64,000 nt of DNA from Candidatus Eremiobacteria bacterium (GCA_963737065.1 CAVTRC010000001.1:1632001-1696000), one strand, 5' to 3'; positions 48,083 to 58,700 are shown, counted from the first letter of the stretch. The notes: a model not told the origin generated them from the sequence alone. Program-made: numbers and translations.

Positions 48083-50440
48083 GTGCCGTTCCATCGCTTC
48101 CTTATCGCAGCGTGCGTTGCGCTGTTCGTCGCCGTTGGTCCCGCGTCCGCGGCACGGCAAATCGTCGATCTTCACAAGCTGGACGCCTACTTCGCGCTCT
48201 TTGCGAGCGATTCGAACGTTCCGTGGAAGCCGACGGTCGTTCGTCTTGACACCTACTCGAGCGCTCCGGTGCAATTCAGCGTGTATCAAGTGCATCCCGG
48301 TGATGTGTTGACCGCGGGAAACAATACGCGTGCGCGCGCCATCGACACGCGCGCAAAAACGCCGATCGCGAAGTTCAGCTACACGCCTCCCGGCGGCTAT
48401 CAGTTCCAAGCGAATCAAGTAACGGTTCCGCTGGGTTCGCGCGAAGGGTTTTTCGTCGTCGAAGCGCGGCGCGGCAACGTCGGCGAGCAGGTCTGGATCA
48501 ATCGCACGCGCGTGGGACTCGCCACAAAAGAAACACCCGGCGAACTTCTCGTCTACGGCGCGGATCTTGGAACGGGACGCGCGCTCGCGCACATGCGCGT
48601 GCAATTTGTCGTAAACGGAAACTTCGCGACACGCGAGACGGATTCGCACGGTATCGTCCGGTGGAACCATTCGCCGCGCCCGATCTTCGCGCTCGCGCAA
48701 TGGGGCGAAAACTACGCGTTCACGAGTTTGCTTCCGCAAGCACCGTTGCCCCCGGCGATCGTCGGCGTGCGAAGCGACACTGCGGTCGTGCATGCGGGCG
48801 ACGACGTGCGCATCGTCGGATTTGCGCGCACGCGGGCCGGTTCTACGATGAAAGCGGCAGCGGGAACCGCCAACGTCTCGATGCGGTTGGGCGGAACGCT
48901 CGTCGCTCAAGCTCAAGCGCCGCTCGATGATGCAGGCGCGTTCAGTGCGACGCTTGGCGTGCCGGCGAATGCAACGGCCGGTGATTATGCGGTGCTGGCG
49001 CAAGTCGGCCGCGGCGTCGGTGGCGCGACGGTTCACGTCGATGCAAACGCAAACGGGCTCTCGCTCAACGTCGCAAGCGGCTGCGAAAATGCCTGCGATC
49101 CGAGCGCCCCGGTTCCGCTCGACATCACGGCGTCGCGCGGTGACACACCCGTCCACATCACGGTCGTGCGGTCGCCGCATGTCTACGTAGGCTACGCTCC
49201 GGACACGCTTCCGTGGGCGACGACGAAGTGGATCGACCAAACGTTACGCACGGACGCGAACGGACGCGCCGTCGTGATGATCGCGCCGCCAACCGACGGT
49301 CTTTCGTCGACGTACGGCGTTCGCGTCGAAGCGTTGGGCGCAACGGCGGTCACGCGTATTCTCGTGCCGACGTCGCGTTTTACGATTCGGCTGCTACTCG
49401 ACCGCTCGGAACAGACGCTCGGAACGCCGATCAACTTCGACGTCTACGCCAACGAAATTTCGAGCGGCAAACCGCTGGCGGCAGCACAGGTGACGGCGAC
49501 GCTCTCGCACGGTCCCTCGACGCAACAACAAATGCTGACGCTGGACCGTAACGGTCACGCGCACGGAACGTTCAACTCGCCCGTGCTCGGCATGAATCTC
49601 GTGATGGCGACGATCGATAGCGGCGCCGGCAAATCGGCGGACGCCGGTCAAGTCGACGTCGTTCCGCAGGCGAGTGACGATGCAGCGGAAAGCGGCAGTT
49701 CGGATGCCCACGTGTCGCTCGACAAGAGTCTCTATCACGCGGGCGAGGAGGTACGCGTCACCGCATCATTGCCCGGCGCGACGGGCGACGCTCTGATAAC
49801 GCTCGAGAGCGCGCTCGGATCGCAAACGGCCGTCTCTCGCGTGAGCGGCGGCCACACCGAGAGCTCGTTGAAAGTAAACGATGCGCCGGGCGACCTACGC
49901 GTCGGCGCGATCTTCGTTCGTGACGGTGCGATCGAATGGACGAGCGTTCCGCTCGCCGTTGACGCGCCGGGACGTCCCGAGTCCGTTCCGCTCGGGATAG
50001 ACGCAACGCAATTTTCGCCGGGTGCATCGGCCTCCGTGACGCTGCGCGATACGCGCGATGTGCCCGGCACGGTGATCGTTCGCGTCAGTCGCGGCGCACC
50101 GTCCGGAAGCGCGCTCTTCGATTCGGCGCCGTCGTTGCTCGCCGTGGGCGTCGCGGCAACGCAGGTTAGTGCGCCGTCGGGACGCACGTGGCATCCGTGG
50201 GTGGACTCGTCGGGCGAACACGCGCAAGTCCTCGGGTTCGTGCGCCGCACGCAGCCGCCGCAAGATCTCACCGTCTCCGAAGCCGATACGCAAGTCGTAT
50301 CGTGGACCGTCGTACGCGACACGGGAAATGCGCTTCCGTTTCAACTGCCGCAAACGCGGGGGCGATATACCGTCTCCGTCTTGAAAATCGCCGATGACGG
50401 CCGCGTCGTCGCGGCGTCCTCATCGATTCTGGTGCAATAG
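48083..50440 (+). CDS. Alpha-2-macroglobulin-like (MG domain) exported protein lacking a thioester domain
   Basis: Signal peptide; TD.HG / TDANG.A, SDTAVVHAGDDV.IVG, LDKSLYHAGEEV and FSPG motifs typical of MG domains; no GCxEQ. Confidence 0.6.
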   Translation: MPFHRFLIAACVALFVAVGPASAARQIVDLHKLDAYFALFASDSNVPWKPTVVRLDTYSSAPVQFSVYQVHPGDVLTAGNNTRARAIDTRAKTPIAKFSYTPPGGYQFQANQVTVPLGSREGFFVVEARRGNVGEQVWINRTRVGLATKETPGELLVYGADLGTGRALAHMRVQFVVNGNFATRETDSHGIVRWNHSPRPIFALAQWGENYAFTSLLPQAPLPPAIVGVRSDTAVVHAGDDVRIVGFARTRAGSTMKAAAGTANVSMRLGGTLVAQAQAPLDDAGAFSATLGVPANATAGDYAVLAQVGRGVGGATVHVDANANGLSLNVASGCENACDPSAPVPLDITASRGDTPVHITVVRSPHVYVGYAPDTLPWATTKWIDQTLRTDANGRAVVMIAPPTDGLSSTYGVRVEALGATAVTRILVPTSRFTIRLLLDRSEQTLGTPINFDVYANEISSGKPLAAAQVTATLSHGPSTQQQMLTLDRNGHAHGTFNSPVLGMNLVMATIDSGAGKSADAGQVDVVPQASDDAAESGSSDAHVSLDKSLYHAGEEVRVTASLPGATGDALITLESALGSQTAVSRVSGGHTESSLKVNDAPGDLRVGAIFVRDGAIEWTSVPLAVDAPGRPESVPLGIDATQFSPGASASVTLRDTRDVPGTVIVRVSRGAPSGSALFDSAPSLLAVGVAATQVSAPSGRTWHPWVDSSGEHAQVLGFVRRTQPPQDLTVSEADTQVVSWTVVRDTGNALPFQLPQTRGRYTVSVLKIADDGRVVAASSSILVQ

Positions 50441-50447
50441 GGACGAA

Positions 50448-53075
50448 GTGCCGAAACCCAAACCCGGTACTGCAACGCTAATGTTGCTCGACACGTACGG
50501 CCTCGTGTACCGTGCGTTTTTTGCGTTGCCGCCGCTCACGACGACGCGCGGAACGCCGATCAACGCGGTGTATGGGTTCACGATGATGCTGAACAAGCTG
50601 ATCAATGACGAAAAACCAACGCATGTCGTCGCGGCGTTCGATAAGGGCATGCCTGCCGCGCGCGTTGCGTTGTATAAGGACTACAAGGCGCAGCGCGACG
50701 CGATGCCCGACGACTTGCGCAGTCAATTCGCGCTCGTGCGAGACGTGCTCGCCGTGCACAGGATTCCGGTCGTCGAGATTGAGGGCATGGAAGCCGACGA
50801 CATCATAGCGACGCTCGCGCAAAAAGCAGAAGACGCGGGCGAACGCACGTTGGTCGTCACGGGCGATTTGGATTTGCTTCAAATCGTCGACGAGAAGACG
50901 ACGGTTCTTACGACGCGTCGCGGCATCACGGAACTCGGCCGCTACGATCCGCCGGCGGTAGCGGAACGTTTCGAACTCGAACCGCGACAGCTCGCGGACT
51001 ATCGTGGACTCAAGGGTGATCCCTCGGATAATCTCCCGGGCATTCCCGGCGTCGGTGAAAAGACTGCGATTAAGTTGATCAAAGCCGCCGGTTCGCTCGA
51101 TGCGCTCGTCGCGGATCCCGCGCTCGCGGGTTCGCCGAAATTGCAGAAGCTCGTGGAAGAACACGGGCCGAAAGCGCAAATCTATCGCGACGTTTCCATC
51201 GTGCATCGCGACCTCCCCGTCGACGTCGATTGGAGCAACCGCTACAAATTCCCGAGCGACGCGGAATTGTATCCGCTCTACGGGGAACTGGAATTCAAGA
51301 CGCTGCTTTCCAAACTGAAGCCGCCGGTTGACGGCCTTCCGCTCTTTGCGGCCGACAAACGGATCGAAGGCAACTATCGATCGTATGCGGCTTCCGTGGA
51401 CCCGCCCGAATTCGAGCGCCTGGCGAACGACATACGAGCGCTTGCGGAGTCGCAACTCGTCGCCGTCGCGCTGCGCGAAGATCAAGTCGGAATCTCCGGC
51501 GCGGCCGGATCCGGCATCTCGTTTGCACTAGCGGCGCTTGCGCACGAAAACGTCCGGTTCGCGATGATGTCATTGTTACGCGACGCGAAGCGCCTCACGG
51601 CGTACGACGCCAAGCGCGTCGTGCATGCGTTGCGTGCGAACGGCATCGAACACTATCGCTTCGAAGACGACGCGATGATTGTTGCCCATTTGCTCAATCC
51701 CGGGCGCACGTTCAGCGACATTTCGGATGCCGCGGCGGAACAATTGCAAACGCATCCCGGCGACGACGCGGCGGCATTCGCGGACGCGACGTTGCAAATC
51801 GTTACACGAGCGCGGGAAACGCTCGACGAGCGCGATCAGATGCGCGTCTATGAGGACGTCGAAGTTCCGCTCGCGTCGATTTTGGCAAAGATGGAAGCCG
51901 CCGGCGTCGCGGTCGACACGTCGGAGCTCGACGTCATCGGTCAGGAAATCGATGAGGCGACGGCGCGTTTGCAACGCCACATCTTCGATTTCGCCGGCGA
52001 AGAGTTCAACATCGGCTCGCCGATGCAACTTGGCAACATTCTTTTTGGACGCCTCGGCATTCCGGGCGGAAAGAAGACGAAAACCGGCTGGGCAACGGGC
52101 GTCGAAATTCTCCAGGGCCTTGCGAGGGAGTATCCCATTTGCGCGCTCGTGCTCGAATGGCGGGAGGTGACGAAACTCAAGAACACCTACATCGACGTTA
52201 TTCCGCAGCTCTTGGACAAACGCGATCGCCGTTTGCACACGGTCTTCAATCAAACGTCGACCGCGACAGGACGCCTGTCATCGACGAATCCGAATCTACA
52301 AAACATTCCCGTCCGGGGCGATCTCGGGCGCCGTATTCGCAAAGCGTTCGTCGCCAAAGACCGCGATCACGTGTTGCTCGCCGCCGATTATAGCCAGATC
52401 GAACTGCGGTTGATGGCGCATCTTTCGGGCGATGAAGCGATGAGAACCGCCTTTGAGGAAGGCCAAGACATCCACGATTTCACCGCGCGACAAATCTTTA
52501 ACGTGCAGCCGGCCGAATCGGTCGACGGTAATCAGCGCCGCATGGCGAAGAGCGTGAATTTCGGTTTGCTCTACGGCATGTCGGATTTCGGGCTCGCGCA
52601 GCGCTTGGAGATTAGCCGCGCTGAAGCGCGCGATATCACGACCGCCTACTTCGCGCGTTTTCCGAGCGTGCGCGAGTACATCGAACGCACGATCGACGAC
52701 GCGCGGCGCAACGGATACGTCTCGACGATTCTGGGACGGCGGCGCTACATGCCCGCCCTTGCTTCGAGCAACTACATGTTGCGGTCCGCCGCGGAACGCG
52801 AGGCGACCAACGCGCCGCTCCAAGGCAGCGCGGCGGATCTCATGAAGCTTGCGATGGTAAGAATCGACCGGGTGCTCGAGAGCTCCCCGTATGCGACAAT
52901 GCTGCTGCAAATTCACGACGAGCTGATCTTCGAAGTACATAACGCGCACTTGCACGACGTCGCGCATCTCGTGCGGACCGAGATGGAGAACGCGCTCGCG
53001 CTCTCCGTCCCGCTGGAAGTGACGGTGAAAACCGGCCCGAATTGGTACGACGTGGAGGCAATGCCGGAGGTGTGA
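50448..53075 (+). CDS. polA: DNA polymerase I
   Basis: 5' nuclease (YRAFFA, EADD, GDPSDNLPG); TGRLSS.NPNLQNIP, ADYSQIELR, KSVNFG, QIHDEL. Confidence 0.97.
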   Translation: MPKPKPGTATLMLLDTYGLVYRAFFALPPLTTTRGTPINAVYGFTMMLNKLINDEKPTHVVAAFDKGMPAARVALYKDYKAQRDAMPDDLRSQFALVRDVLAVHRIPVVEIEGMEADDIIATLAQKAEDAGERTLVVTGDLDLLQIVDEKTTVLTTRRGITELGRYDPPAVAERFELEPRQLADYRGLKGDPSDNLPGIPGVGEKTAIKLIKAAGSLDALVADPALAGSPKLQKLVEEHGPKAQIYRDVSIVHRDLPVDVDWSNRYKFPSDAELYPLYGELEFKTLLSKLKPPVDGLPLFAADKRIEGNYRSYAASVDPPEFERLANDIRALAESQLVAVALREDQVGISGAAGSGISFALAALAHENVRFAMMSLLRDAKRLTAYDAKRVVHALRANGIEHYRFEDDAMIVAHLLNPGRTFSDISDAAAEQLQTHPGDDAAAFADATLQIVTRARETLDERDQMRVYEDVEVPLASILAKMEAAGVAVDTSELDVIGQEIDEATARLQRHIFDFAGEEFNIGSPMQLGNILFGRLGIPGGKKTKTGWATGVEILQGLAREYPICALVLEWREVTKLKNTYIDVIPQLLDKRDRRLHTVFNQTSTATGRLSSTNPNLQNIPVRGDLGRRIRKAFVAKDRDHVLLAADYSQIELRLMAHLSGDEAMRTAFEEGQDIHDFTARQIFNVQPAESVDGNQRRMAKSVNFGLLYGMSDFGLAQRLEISRAEARDITTAYFARFPSVREYIERTIDDARRNGYVSTILGRRRYMPALASSNYMLRSAAEREATNAPLQGSAADLMKLAMVRIDRVLESSPYATMLLQIHDELIFEVHNAHLHDVAHLVRTEMENALALSVPLEVTVKTGPNWYDVEAMPEV

Positions 53076-54412
53076 CGTCTCGCCGCACGGTGATCACATT
53101 GTCGTTGATCGTCGCGGCGATTCTACTCGTCTGTGCAGTCCTGCGTGCGGCGTTTTGGACGTACGGCGCCGACACGGGAACGCTGAATATCGCGATTCAA
53201 AACGTGCGTTCCGGCATGTTCGATCCCTTCGAACGTGCCTCGCACTTCCGATTTCACTGGTCGCCGATCCTCGCGGCGCTTTATCCGCTGCTCGCGCTTA
53301 CGCACAGCATTCTGACGCTGCAGATTCTCCAGATCCTTCTCGTCGTTGCTTCGGTCGTCGCCTACTATTTTCTGATCGAGCGCTATGTCGGAGAGCGGAT
53401 CGCCGTGCGTTGTGCGATCGTCGCGTTGCTGTATCCGCCGCTCATCGCGCTCGCGTTCTCGGAGTTCCACGAGGTCGCGTTTGCGCCGCTGCTGACGTTC
53501 CTCGCCCTTCTCGCGCTATCGGCGCGCAAATGGGGATGGTACGCGCTTGCGGTCGTGCTGCTGCTTTGCGTGAAGGAAGACGTTGCGCTGCTTTGCGGCG
53601 TATTCGGGATCGTTCTCGCGTTTGCCGGTATGCGGCTCAATGACCGCGCCGCCATTACCGCCGGGGGATTGACGCTGGTCGGCGCAGCGGCCGTGCTGGT
53701 GCTGTATTTCGCGGTGATTATTCCGCGCGTCGGCGGCTGGGGGCCCTCGGCGTTTTACGCGTATCCATACGATCGCGGCTTCGTGGCCGTTGCGAGCGAA
53801 ATGTTCACCGCGGGGCGGCTGACATACGTGCTCGAAATGCTCGTCCCGCTCGCGTTCGTGCCGCTGCGCACGCGGTGGTTTTGGTTCGTCGTTCCCGGAC
53901 TCGGCATCATTCTCTTAGCGAATTCCGGCGGCGTGTGGCGAATGGGGATGCACTACGTCGCATTGTGGATGCCTTGGATACTGCTCGCTATGGCCGCGGG
54001 TCTCGCGCAGATTCGGGAACGCGCCGGCGAACGAACCGCACTGCGATGGTCATCCGCCGCCATCGTTCTCTGCGCCGTGTTTCTCGTTGCGTTCAATCCG
54101 ACGCATGCGCAACACTACTTGCGGCCGTCGTACCCGGACATTGCCGCGGTGCGCCAGGCGATGAAATGCGTTCCGCCGCGCGCGACGCTCGGAACGCACG
54201 ACGAATGGTATGCCGCGATGGCGTTCTCGCATCCGAACGAGACGATCGGCGCGCCGCCGTACGCCAAGTATCTGCTCTTCGCCGATGACTACCCGAGCGA
54301 CGAGTTCCAAACGAAGATTCTCCCCGTCGTTCGCCGCGAGGTTGCGACGGGGCAAGTCGACGAAGTGTGCCGCGTCGACCGCGTCGCCGTCTACCGGAGA
54401 GTGGAACCATGA
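53072..54412 (+). CDS. DUF2079-like polytopic membrane protein (GT-C-like)
   Basis: DTG, HWSPIL, EFHE, VKED, HY motifs; many TM segments. Confidence 0.7.
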   Translation: MTSRRTVITLSLIVAAILLVCAVLRAAFWTYGADTGTLNIAIQNVRSGMFDPFERASHFRFHWSPILAALYPLLALTHSILTLQILQILLVVASVVAYYFLIERYVGERIAVRCAIVALLYPPLIALAFSEFHEVAFAPLLTFLALLALSARKWGWYALAVVLLLCVKEDVALLCGVFGIVLAFAGMRLNDRAAITAGGLTLVGAAAVLVLYFAVIIPRVGGWGPSAFYAYPYDRGFVAVASEMFTAGRLTYVLEMLVPLAFVPLRTRWFWFVVPGLGIILLANSGGVWRMGMHYVALWMPWILLAMAAGLAQIRERAGERTALRWSSAAIVLCAVFLVAFNPTHAQHYLRPSYPDIAAVRQAMKCVPPRATLGTHDEWYAAMAFSHPNETIGAPPYAKYLLFADDYPSDEFQTKILPVVRREVATGQVDEVCRVDRVAVYRRVEP

Positions 54413-54873
54413 TCGCGTCCATTGCATTGATGCTAGCAATAGCGAGCCCGCTTCCGAGCGCACCGCCTACGCCGCAGCACCTACCGACGATCGCGGTGCA
54501 CGCGCCCCGCGCGACGCTGACGCTTCAAGTCGCTAAAACGGACGAGCAACGCGAGCGCGGACTGATGGGCGTCACCAAGCTGCCGCCGGAGAACGGTATG
54601 GTCTTTGTCTTCAGCAAAGACGGACCGGCTGAATTTTGGATGAAGAACACGCTCGTTCCGCTCGATATGATCTTCGTCGGTCCAGACGGCATCGTCCGCT
54701 CCGTGGCGGCGAACGTTCCCGCGACCAAGCCCGACACGCCCGATGATAAAATTCCGCGTCGCTATGCGAACGCGCAATACGTCATTGAACTACCCGCCGG
54801 CGAAGCGGCAATGGACGGAATCACCGGGGGCGTCCACTTGGACTTGACGCAGATTGGCGTCGCTCCTCAGTGA
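54409..54873 (+). CDS. DUF192 family protein
   Basis: RERGLM, GMVFVF, FWMKNTLVPLDMIF, YVIELPAG. Confidence 0.9.
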   Translation: MIASIALMLAIASPLPSAPPTPQHLPTIAVHAPRATLTLQVAKTDEQRERGLMGVTKLPPENGMVFVFSKDGPAEFWMKNTLVPLDMIFVGPDGIVRSVAANVPATKPDTPDDKIPRRYANAQYVIELPAGEAAMDGITGGVHLDLTQIGVAPQ

Positions 54874-55423
54874 ACCTGTAGTTCGAGTATCGAACTTCGG
54901 CGCGTTCGCGCGCCCAGAATAGCCAGCCGTGACCGTGCGCGTGCGCGGAAATGGACGACGGCATAATGTACGCGCCGAATCGAGCATAACGAACGGAATA
55001 ATCGACGGTCATATCGTTGTCGTCCGTCTCGCTGCCGTCCGCGCCGAGCAAGTCGAACGTATGCGCATCGGCGTACACCGTTGACACGTCTATGTCTTCC
55101 TTGCAGTGTTTTACTTCGGTCACCGATATCGCGATCGCATCGTATCCATTCCACTTCGTTTGGCTTTCCGTTGTGGGCGCGTAACACGATGGGTCGAAGA
55201 TGTGTCGAATAACAGGCGAATCGCCATTATACCTCGTGTCGCTTTTTGGCGTCACGGAAACGATCTTCTTCGCACGAACATCAACGACGACGCGTACCGG
55301 ACCGTCGCGCTCTCCGGCGAGGCCGTGCGCGTCACTTTCTTGCGTGTACTCGACGAAGGCGGGGAGCGTCTGCGCGCGCAATGCCCGCACTGCGGCGTCG
55401 TAGTCCGCTGCAGGGGTCGTCAT
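54821..55423 (-). CDS. Hypothetical protein
   Basis: ORF with AGGA before ATG; YSNY-type C-terminal strand. Confidence 0.55.
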   Translation of the reverse strand: MTTPAADYDAAVRALRAQTLPAFVEYTQESDAHGLAGERDGPVRVVVDVRAKKIVSVTPKSDTRYNGDSPVIRHIFDPSCYAPTTESQTKWNGYDAIAISVTEVKHCKEDIDVSTVYADAHTFDLLGADGSETDDNDMTVDYSVRYARFGAYIMPSSISAHAHGHGWLFWARERAEVRYSNYRFTEERRQSASSPSGRPR

Positions 55424-55495
55424 ATTGGTCCTACGTCGCACATAACATAATGTTTCAACCGTCACAACGGAAATGAAGCGCCCGTTATAGCGGGC

Positions 55496-55855
55496 ATGAA
55501 ACTCAACACAATCGTTGCGATGACGTTCGGTGCGGCGTTGATCGCAGCGCCACTTTACGCGGGTGCCGCGCAGGAGGGCGGTACGGTCTGCGGCCGCGTC
55601 AATGCACCATCATCCTATATTCTTCAACTCGAACAGTCGCCCACGCACGATAACGTGATCACCGCACGCTCGGAGAGCGAGTTCGTGCAAGCGCGGGTGA
55701 ACGTCGACGGAACATATTGCTTCAACAATCTACACGACGACGTGCATACGATCACGGCGTTCGAAGATGCGTTCCCGACGCTGCGGGCGACGGTGACCCC
55801 CGTCCCCGGCCAAATGCTCATCGTCGATTTGACGGGACTAACCGTCGACTTATAA
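55496..55855 (+). CDS. Secreted small beta-sandwich protein (carboxypeptidase-regulatory-like)
   Basis: Signal peptide; GTVCGRV, DGTYCFNNL, TITA. Confidence 0.6.
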   Translation: MKLNTIVAMTFGAALIAAPLYAGAAQEGGTVCGRVNAPSSYILQLEQSPTHDNVITARSESEFVQARVNVDGTYCFNNLHDDVHTITAFEDAFPTLRATVTPVPGQMLIVDLTGLTVDL

Positions 55856-55869
55856 TCGGGGTTGGGCCT

Positions 55870-56683
55870 ATGCCTGAGCTCCCCGAAGTTGAAACGATTG
55901 CCCGCGGCTTGGCCAACGCGGTCGTGGGCAAGTCAATTGCATCCGTCGATATCCGTCTTGCCAAAATGGCGATCGCGCCGCCGGGCGTTGACTTTGCGAG
56001 CGCGCTCGCGGGCGAAACAATCGCCGGCGTCGGGCGGCGGGGAAAATATGTCGTGATGAGCTTGACGTCGGGCCGCAGGCTGGTAACCAGCTTGCGAATG
56101 ACCGGCCGTCTGGTGATTCAGCGCGATGGAGAGCCTGAATATCGCGGCACGCATATTGTGTTTCATTATATGGATAGAACGCGGCTCAGTTTCGCGGATC
56201 TGCGGACGTTTGGCCGTATCCGCCTGGTGGAGCCCGGCGAGCAATGGGACAAAAGTCTCGGTATAGAGCCACTTTGTGAAGGCTTTACACCGGAAGGCTT
56301 TATCGGTATGCTGTCCGGGCGGACGACGCCGATCAAGGCACTGCTCCTCGATCAGCAGCGAATCGCCGGCATAGGTAACATCTATGCGTGCGAAGCGTTG
56401 TGGGACGCCGGAATCAAACCCAGCCGGCCCTCGAAGGCGTTGACGAAACCAGCGGTTCGCCGGTTACACCGCGCAATCATCGAAGTGCTCACCCGCGCGA
56501 TCGCGATGCGCGGCACAAGCGTCGATGATTACGTGGACGCCGAAGGCTTGCAGGGCGGATTTCAAAACGCGCTTGCGGTCTACGGAAAAGAAAGACGAAC
56601 CGTGTCCTCGTTGTGGGAAAACGATCGTGAGGACGGTCCTCGCGCAACGCGGGACGTGGTGGTGTCGAAACTGTCAGCGTTGA
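55870..56683 (+). CDS. mutM: Formamidopyrimidine-DNA glycosylase, with a frameshift at about 56586
   Basis: MPELPEVET, RRGKY, GIGNIYACE; the zinc finger CPRC...RGTWWCRNCQR* is in a shifted frame after ggaaaag. Confidence 0.92.
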
Positions 56684-56722
56684 TCCGTAAAAAAATAAAT
56701 TATCGAAGGTAGGAACTTCAAC

Positions 56723-57889
56723 ATCTCTACGATTCAAATAGCCCCCGCGCACGAAGAAGAAGATCAGCTCGCACTCGAACAGCGGCTCTACGAAGAGTCG
56801 CTAAAAGTACTGGACGAGGGCCAAGTCCTGAACGGCATGATCGTTCAGAAAGACAAAGACGAGCTGCTCGTCGACGTCGGCGGGAAGTCCGAAGGCGTAC
56901 TTCCGTTCCGCGAGCTTTCGCTGGCGGTCGACCCGAAAGTGCTCAAAGTCGGTGACACGCTCGAGGTGATGATTCACCGCATCGACGATATGGACGGAAC
57001 GCTCTTCCTGTCGGAACGCCGCGCACGCGCGCTCAAGACATGGGAGAAGGTCATTGAAGCGCATGAACGCGACGAAGTGATCGAAGCGACCGTGACGCAA
57101 GTCGTTAAAGGCGGCGTGCTGGTCGATCTCGGCATGCGTGGCTTCGTTCCCGCATCGCAAATCCGCCGCCAGCCGGTGGGCAACCTCGACGAACTCGTCG
57201 GACAAAAACTTCGCTTGAAAGTGATCGATCTCGATCACAAGCGCCATCGCGTCGTGCTCTCGCAGCGCCTCGTGCTCGAAGAAGAGCTTCAAGCCAAGAA
57301 ACAAGAGCTGCTCGACACGATGGAAGTCGGCCAGATTCGTGAAGGCGTCGTCGTACGTCTCGCGGACTTCGGTGCGTTCGTCGATCTGGGCGGCATCGAT
57401 GGTCTCATTCACAACAGCGAACTGAGCTATGCTCGCATCAAGCATCCGTCGGAAGTCGTAAAAATCGGCGACGTTGTAAACGTCGAGATCATGAAGTTCG
57501 ATCCGGAAGCGAAGAAGGTCAGCTTGTCACTCAAACACGCGTTGCCCGATCCGTGGGACGAGCACGCGGACAAGCTCTACGAGACGAACAAACTGACGGC
57601 GCAAGTCGTCAAGGTTACGCCGAATTACCTTCTGGTCGAGATCGTCCCGGGCATCCTCGCGATGGTGCCGAAGGGCGAGTTCGATCCGAGCGCGACATTC
57701 AATGCGGGCCAAGACGTCGAAGTAACGCTGCTTACGATCAACCACGCGACGCGCCGCATCACCGCGTCGATCCAGCACGTGGCCGACGTTCCGCCTGAAG
57801 AGATTGAGGCCCTAGCCGTCGACGAAGACGATAGTTTCGGCACGATCGGCGACGCTGTTCAAAGCAGCGCCTCAACCATCTCATCCTGA
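56723..57889 (+). CDS. rpsA: 30S ribosomal protein S1 (short, 4 S1-domain type); probable ATC start
   Basis: VDVGGKSEG, VKGGVLVDLG.RGFVPASQ, DFGAFVDLGGIDGLIH.SELS; the frame is open from 56699 and the first ATG (56837) lies inside domain 1. Confidence 0.88.
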   Translation: MSTIQIAPAHEEEDQLALEQRLYEESLKVLDEGQVLNGMIVQKDKDELLVDVGGKSEGVLPFRELSLAVDPKVLKVGDTLEVMIHRIDDMDGTLFLSERRARALKTWEKVIEAHERDEVIEATVTQVVKGGVLVDLGMRGFVPASQIRRQPVGNLDELVGQKLRLKVIDLDHKRHRVVLSQRLVLEEELQAKKQELLDTMEVGQIREGVVVRLADFGAFVDLGGIDGLIHNSELSYARIKHPSEVVKIGDVVNVEIMKFDPEAKKVSLSLKHALPDPWDEHADKLYETNKLTAQVVKVTPNYLLVEIVPGILAMVPKGEFDPSATFNAGQDVEVTLLTINHATRRITASIQHVADVPPEEIEALAVDEDDSFGTIGDAVQSSASTISS

Positions 57890-57911
57890 ACGAAGCGCCG
57901 TCGGCGCGGAG

Positions 57912-58700
57912 TTGAAGCATCGCATGGAGAAACGAGCACGCCACAGTATGGTGTGCTCGTTCGCTTTTGCAGCGTGCGTTGTAGCGCAGTCTCCAACGTC
58001 CCGGTCGTCGTCATGCGGCGCGCCGAATACCGAGGCGACCGTGGTCCACGCAGCCGTTCCTGAGTACCCGTATGCCGCGAGAGTGCGTGATCTTGGACCG
58101 GCGTCCGTGCTGGTCGAGCTCGCGATTCCTCCGGACGGCACGCCGACTAGCGTGACGATCTACAAATCATCCGGAGATCGAGATATCGACCGGGCTGCAA
58201 TAGACGCAGCCCGCAAATCGACCTATACGGCCAAAGTCGTGGACTGCACGCGCGTGACGGCGCAGTATCTCTTTCGCGCGGTATTCTTGCCGTCCGATCC
58301 GCTTCGCTACGTCACGCCACCGCGGTTTTCTCCGCCGAACGGGTGGTCAAAAAGTAACAATGCGTCACCGGCGCCAGGCTTTCGCGAATTCGGTGAATGG
58401 ACGCAAGAACAGTCCGTCGTGGGCGTTATGGGTGCGCTTACGCCGTCTTCGCTCGCTCAGTACGTCGCACACCGTCTGACGTTATTGAAGAATTCCGGAG
58501 CGCAAATCTTCGATAGTGACTCCGTACCCTTGTGCAATGACAAGAACGGATGGAAGGTTACATACGCGCAGGGTGCTACGCAGTACGCAGAACTCATGCA
58601 GGTGATCGGCGAGCGCGTCTACGACGCGTATTACTATTCGACCAGTGGACCGCCCGACCAAAGCGTTACGGCGGCGATGCTCTCACTCTGTGTTTCTTGA
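57912..58700 (+). CDS. TonB C-terminal domain-containing exported protein
   Basis: PEYP..AR, V.VEL.I.PDG, SSG...IDRAAIDAARKS, followed by an unknown C-terminal domain. Confidence 0.65.
   Translation: MKHRMEKRARHSMVCSFAFAACVVAQSPTSRSSSCGAPNTEATVVHAAVPEYPYAARVRDLGPASVLVELAIPPDGTPTSVTIYKSSGDRDIDRAAIDAARKSTYTAKVVDCTRVTAQYLFRAVFLPSDPLRYVTPPRFSPPNGWSKSNNASPAPGFREFGEWTQEQSVVGVMGALTPSSLAQYVAHRLTLLKNSGAQIFDSDSVPLCNDKNGWKVTYAQGATQYAELMQVIGERVYDAYYYSTSGPPDQSVTAAMLSLCVS

Noticed and set aside
49075..49100. GCENAC as an A2M thioester motif
   Set aside because: Does not match CxEQ and lies among MG-like domains.
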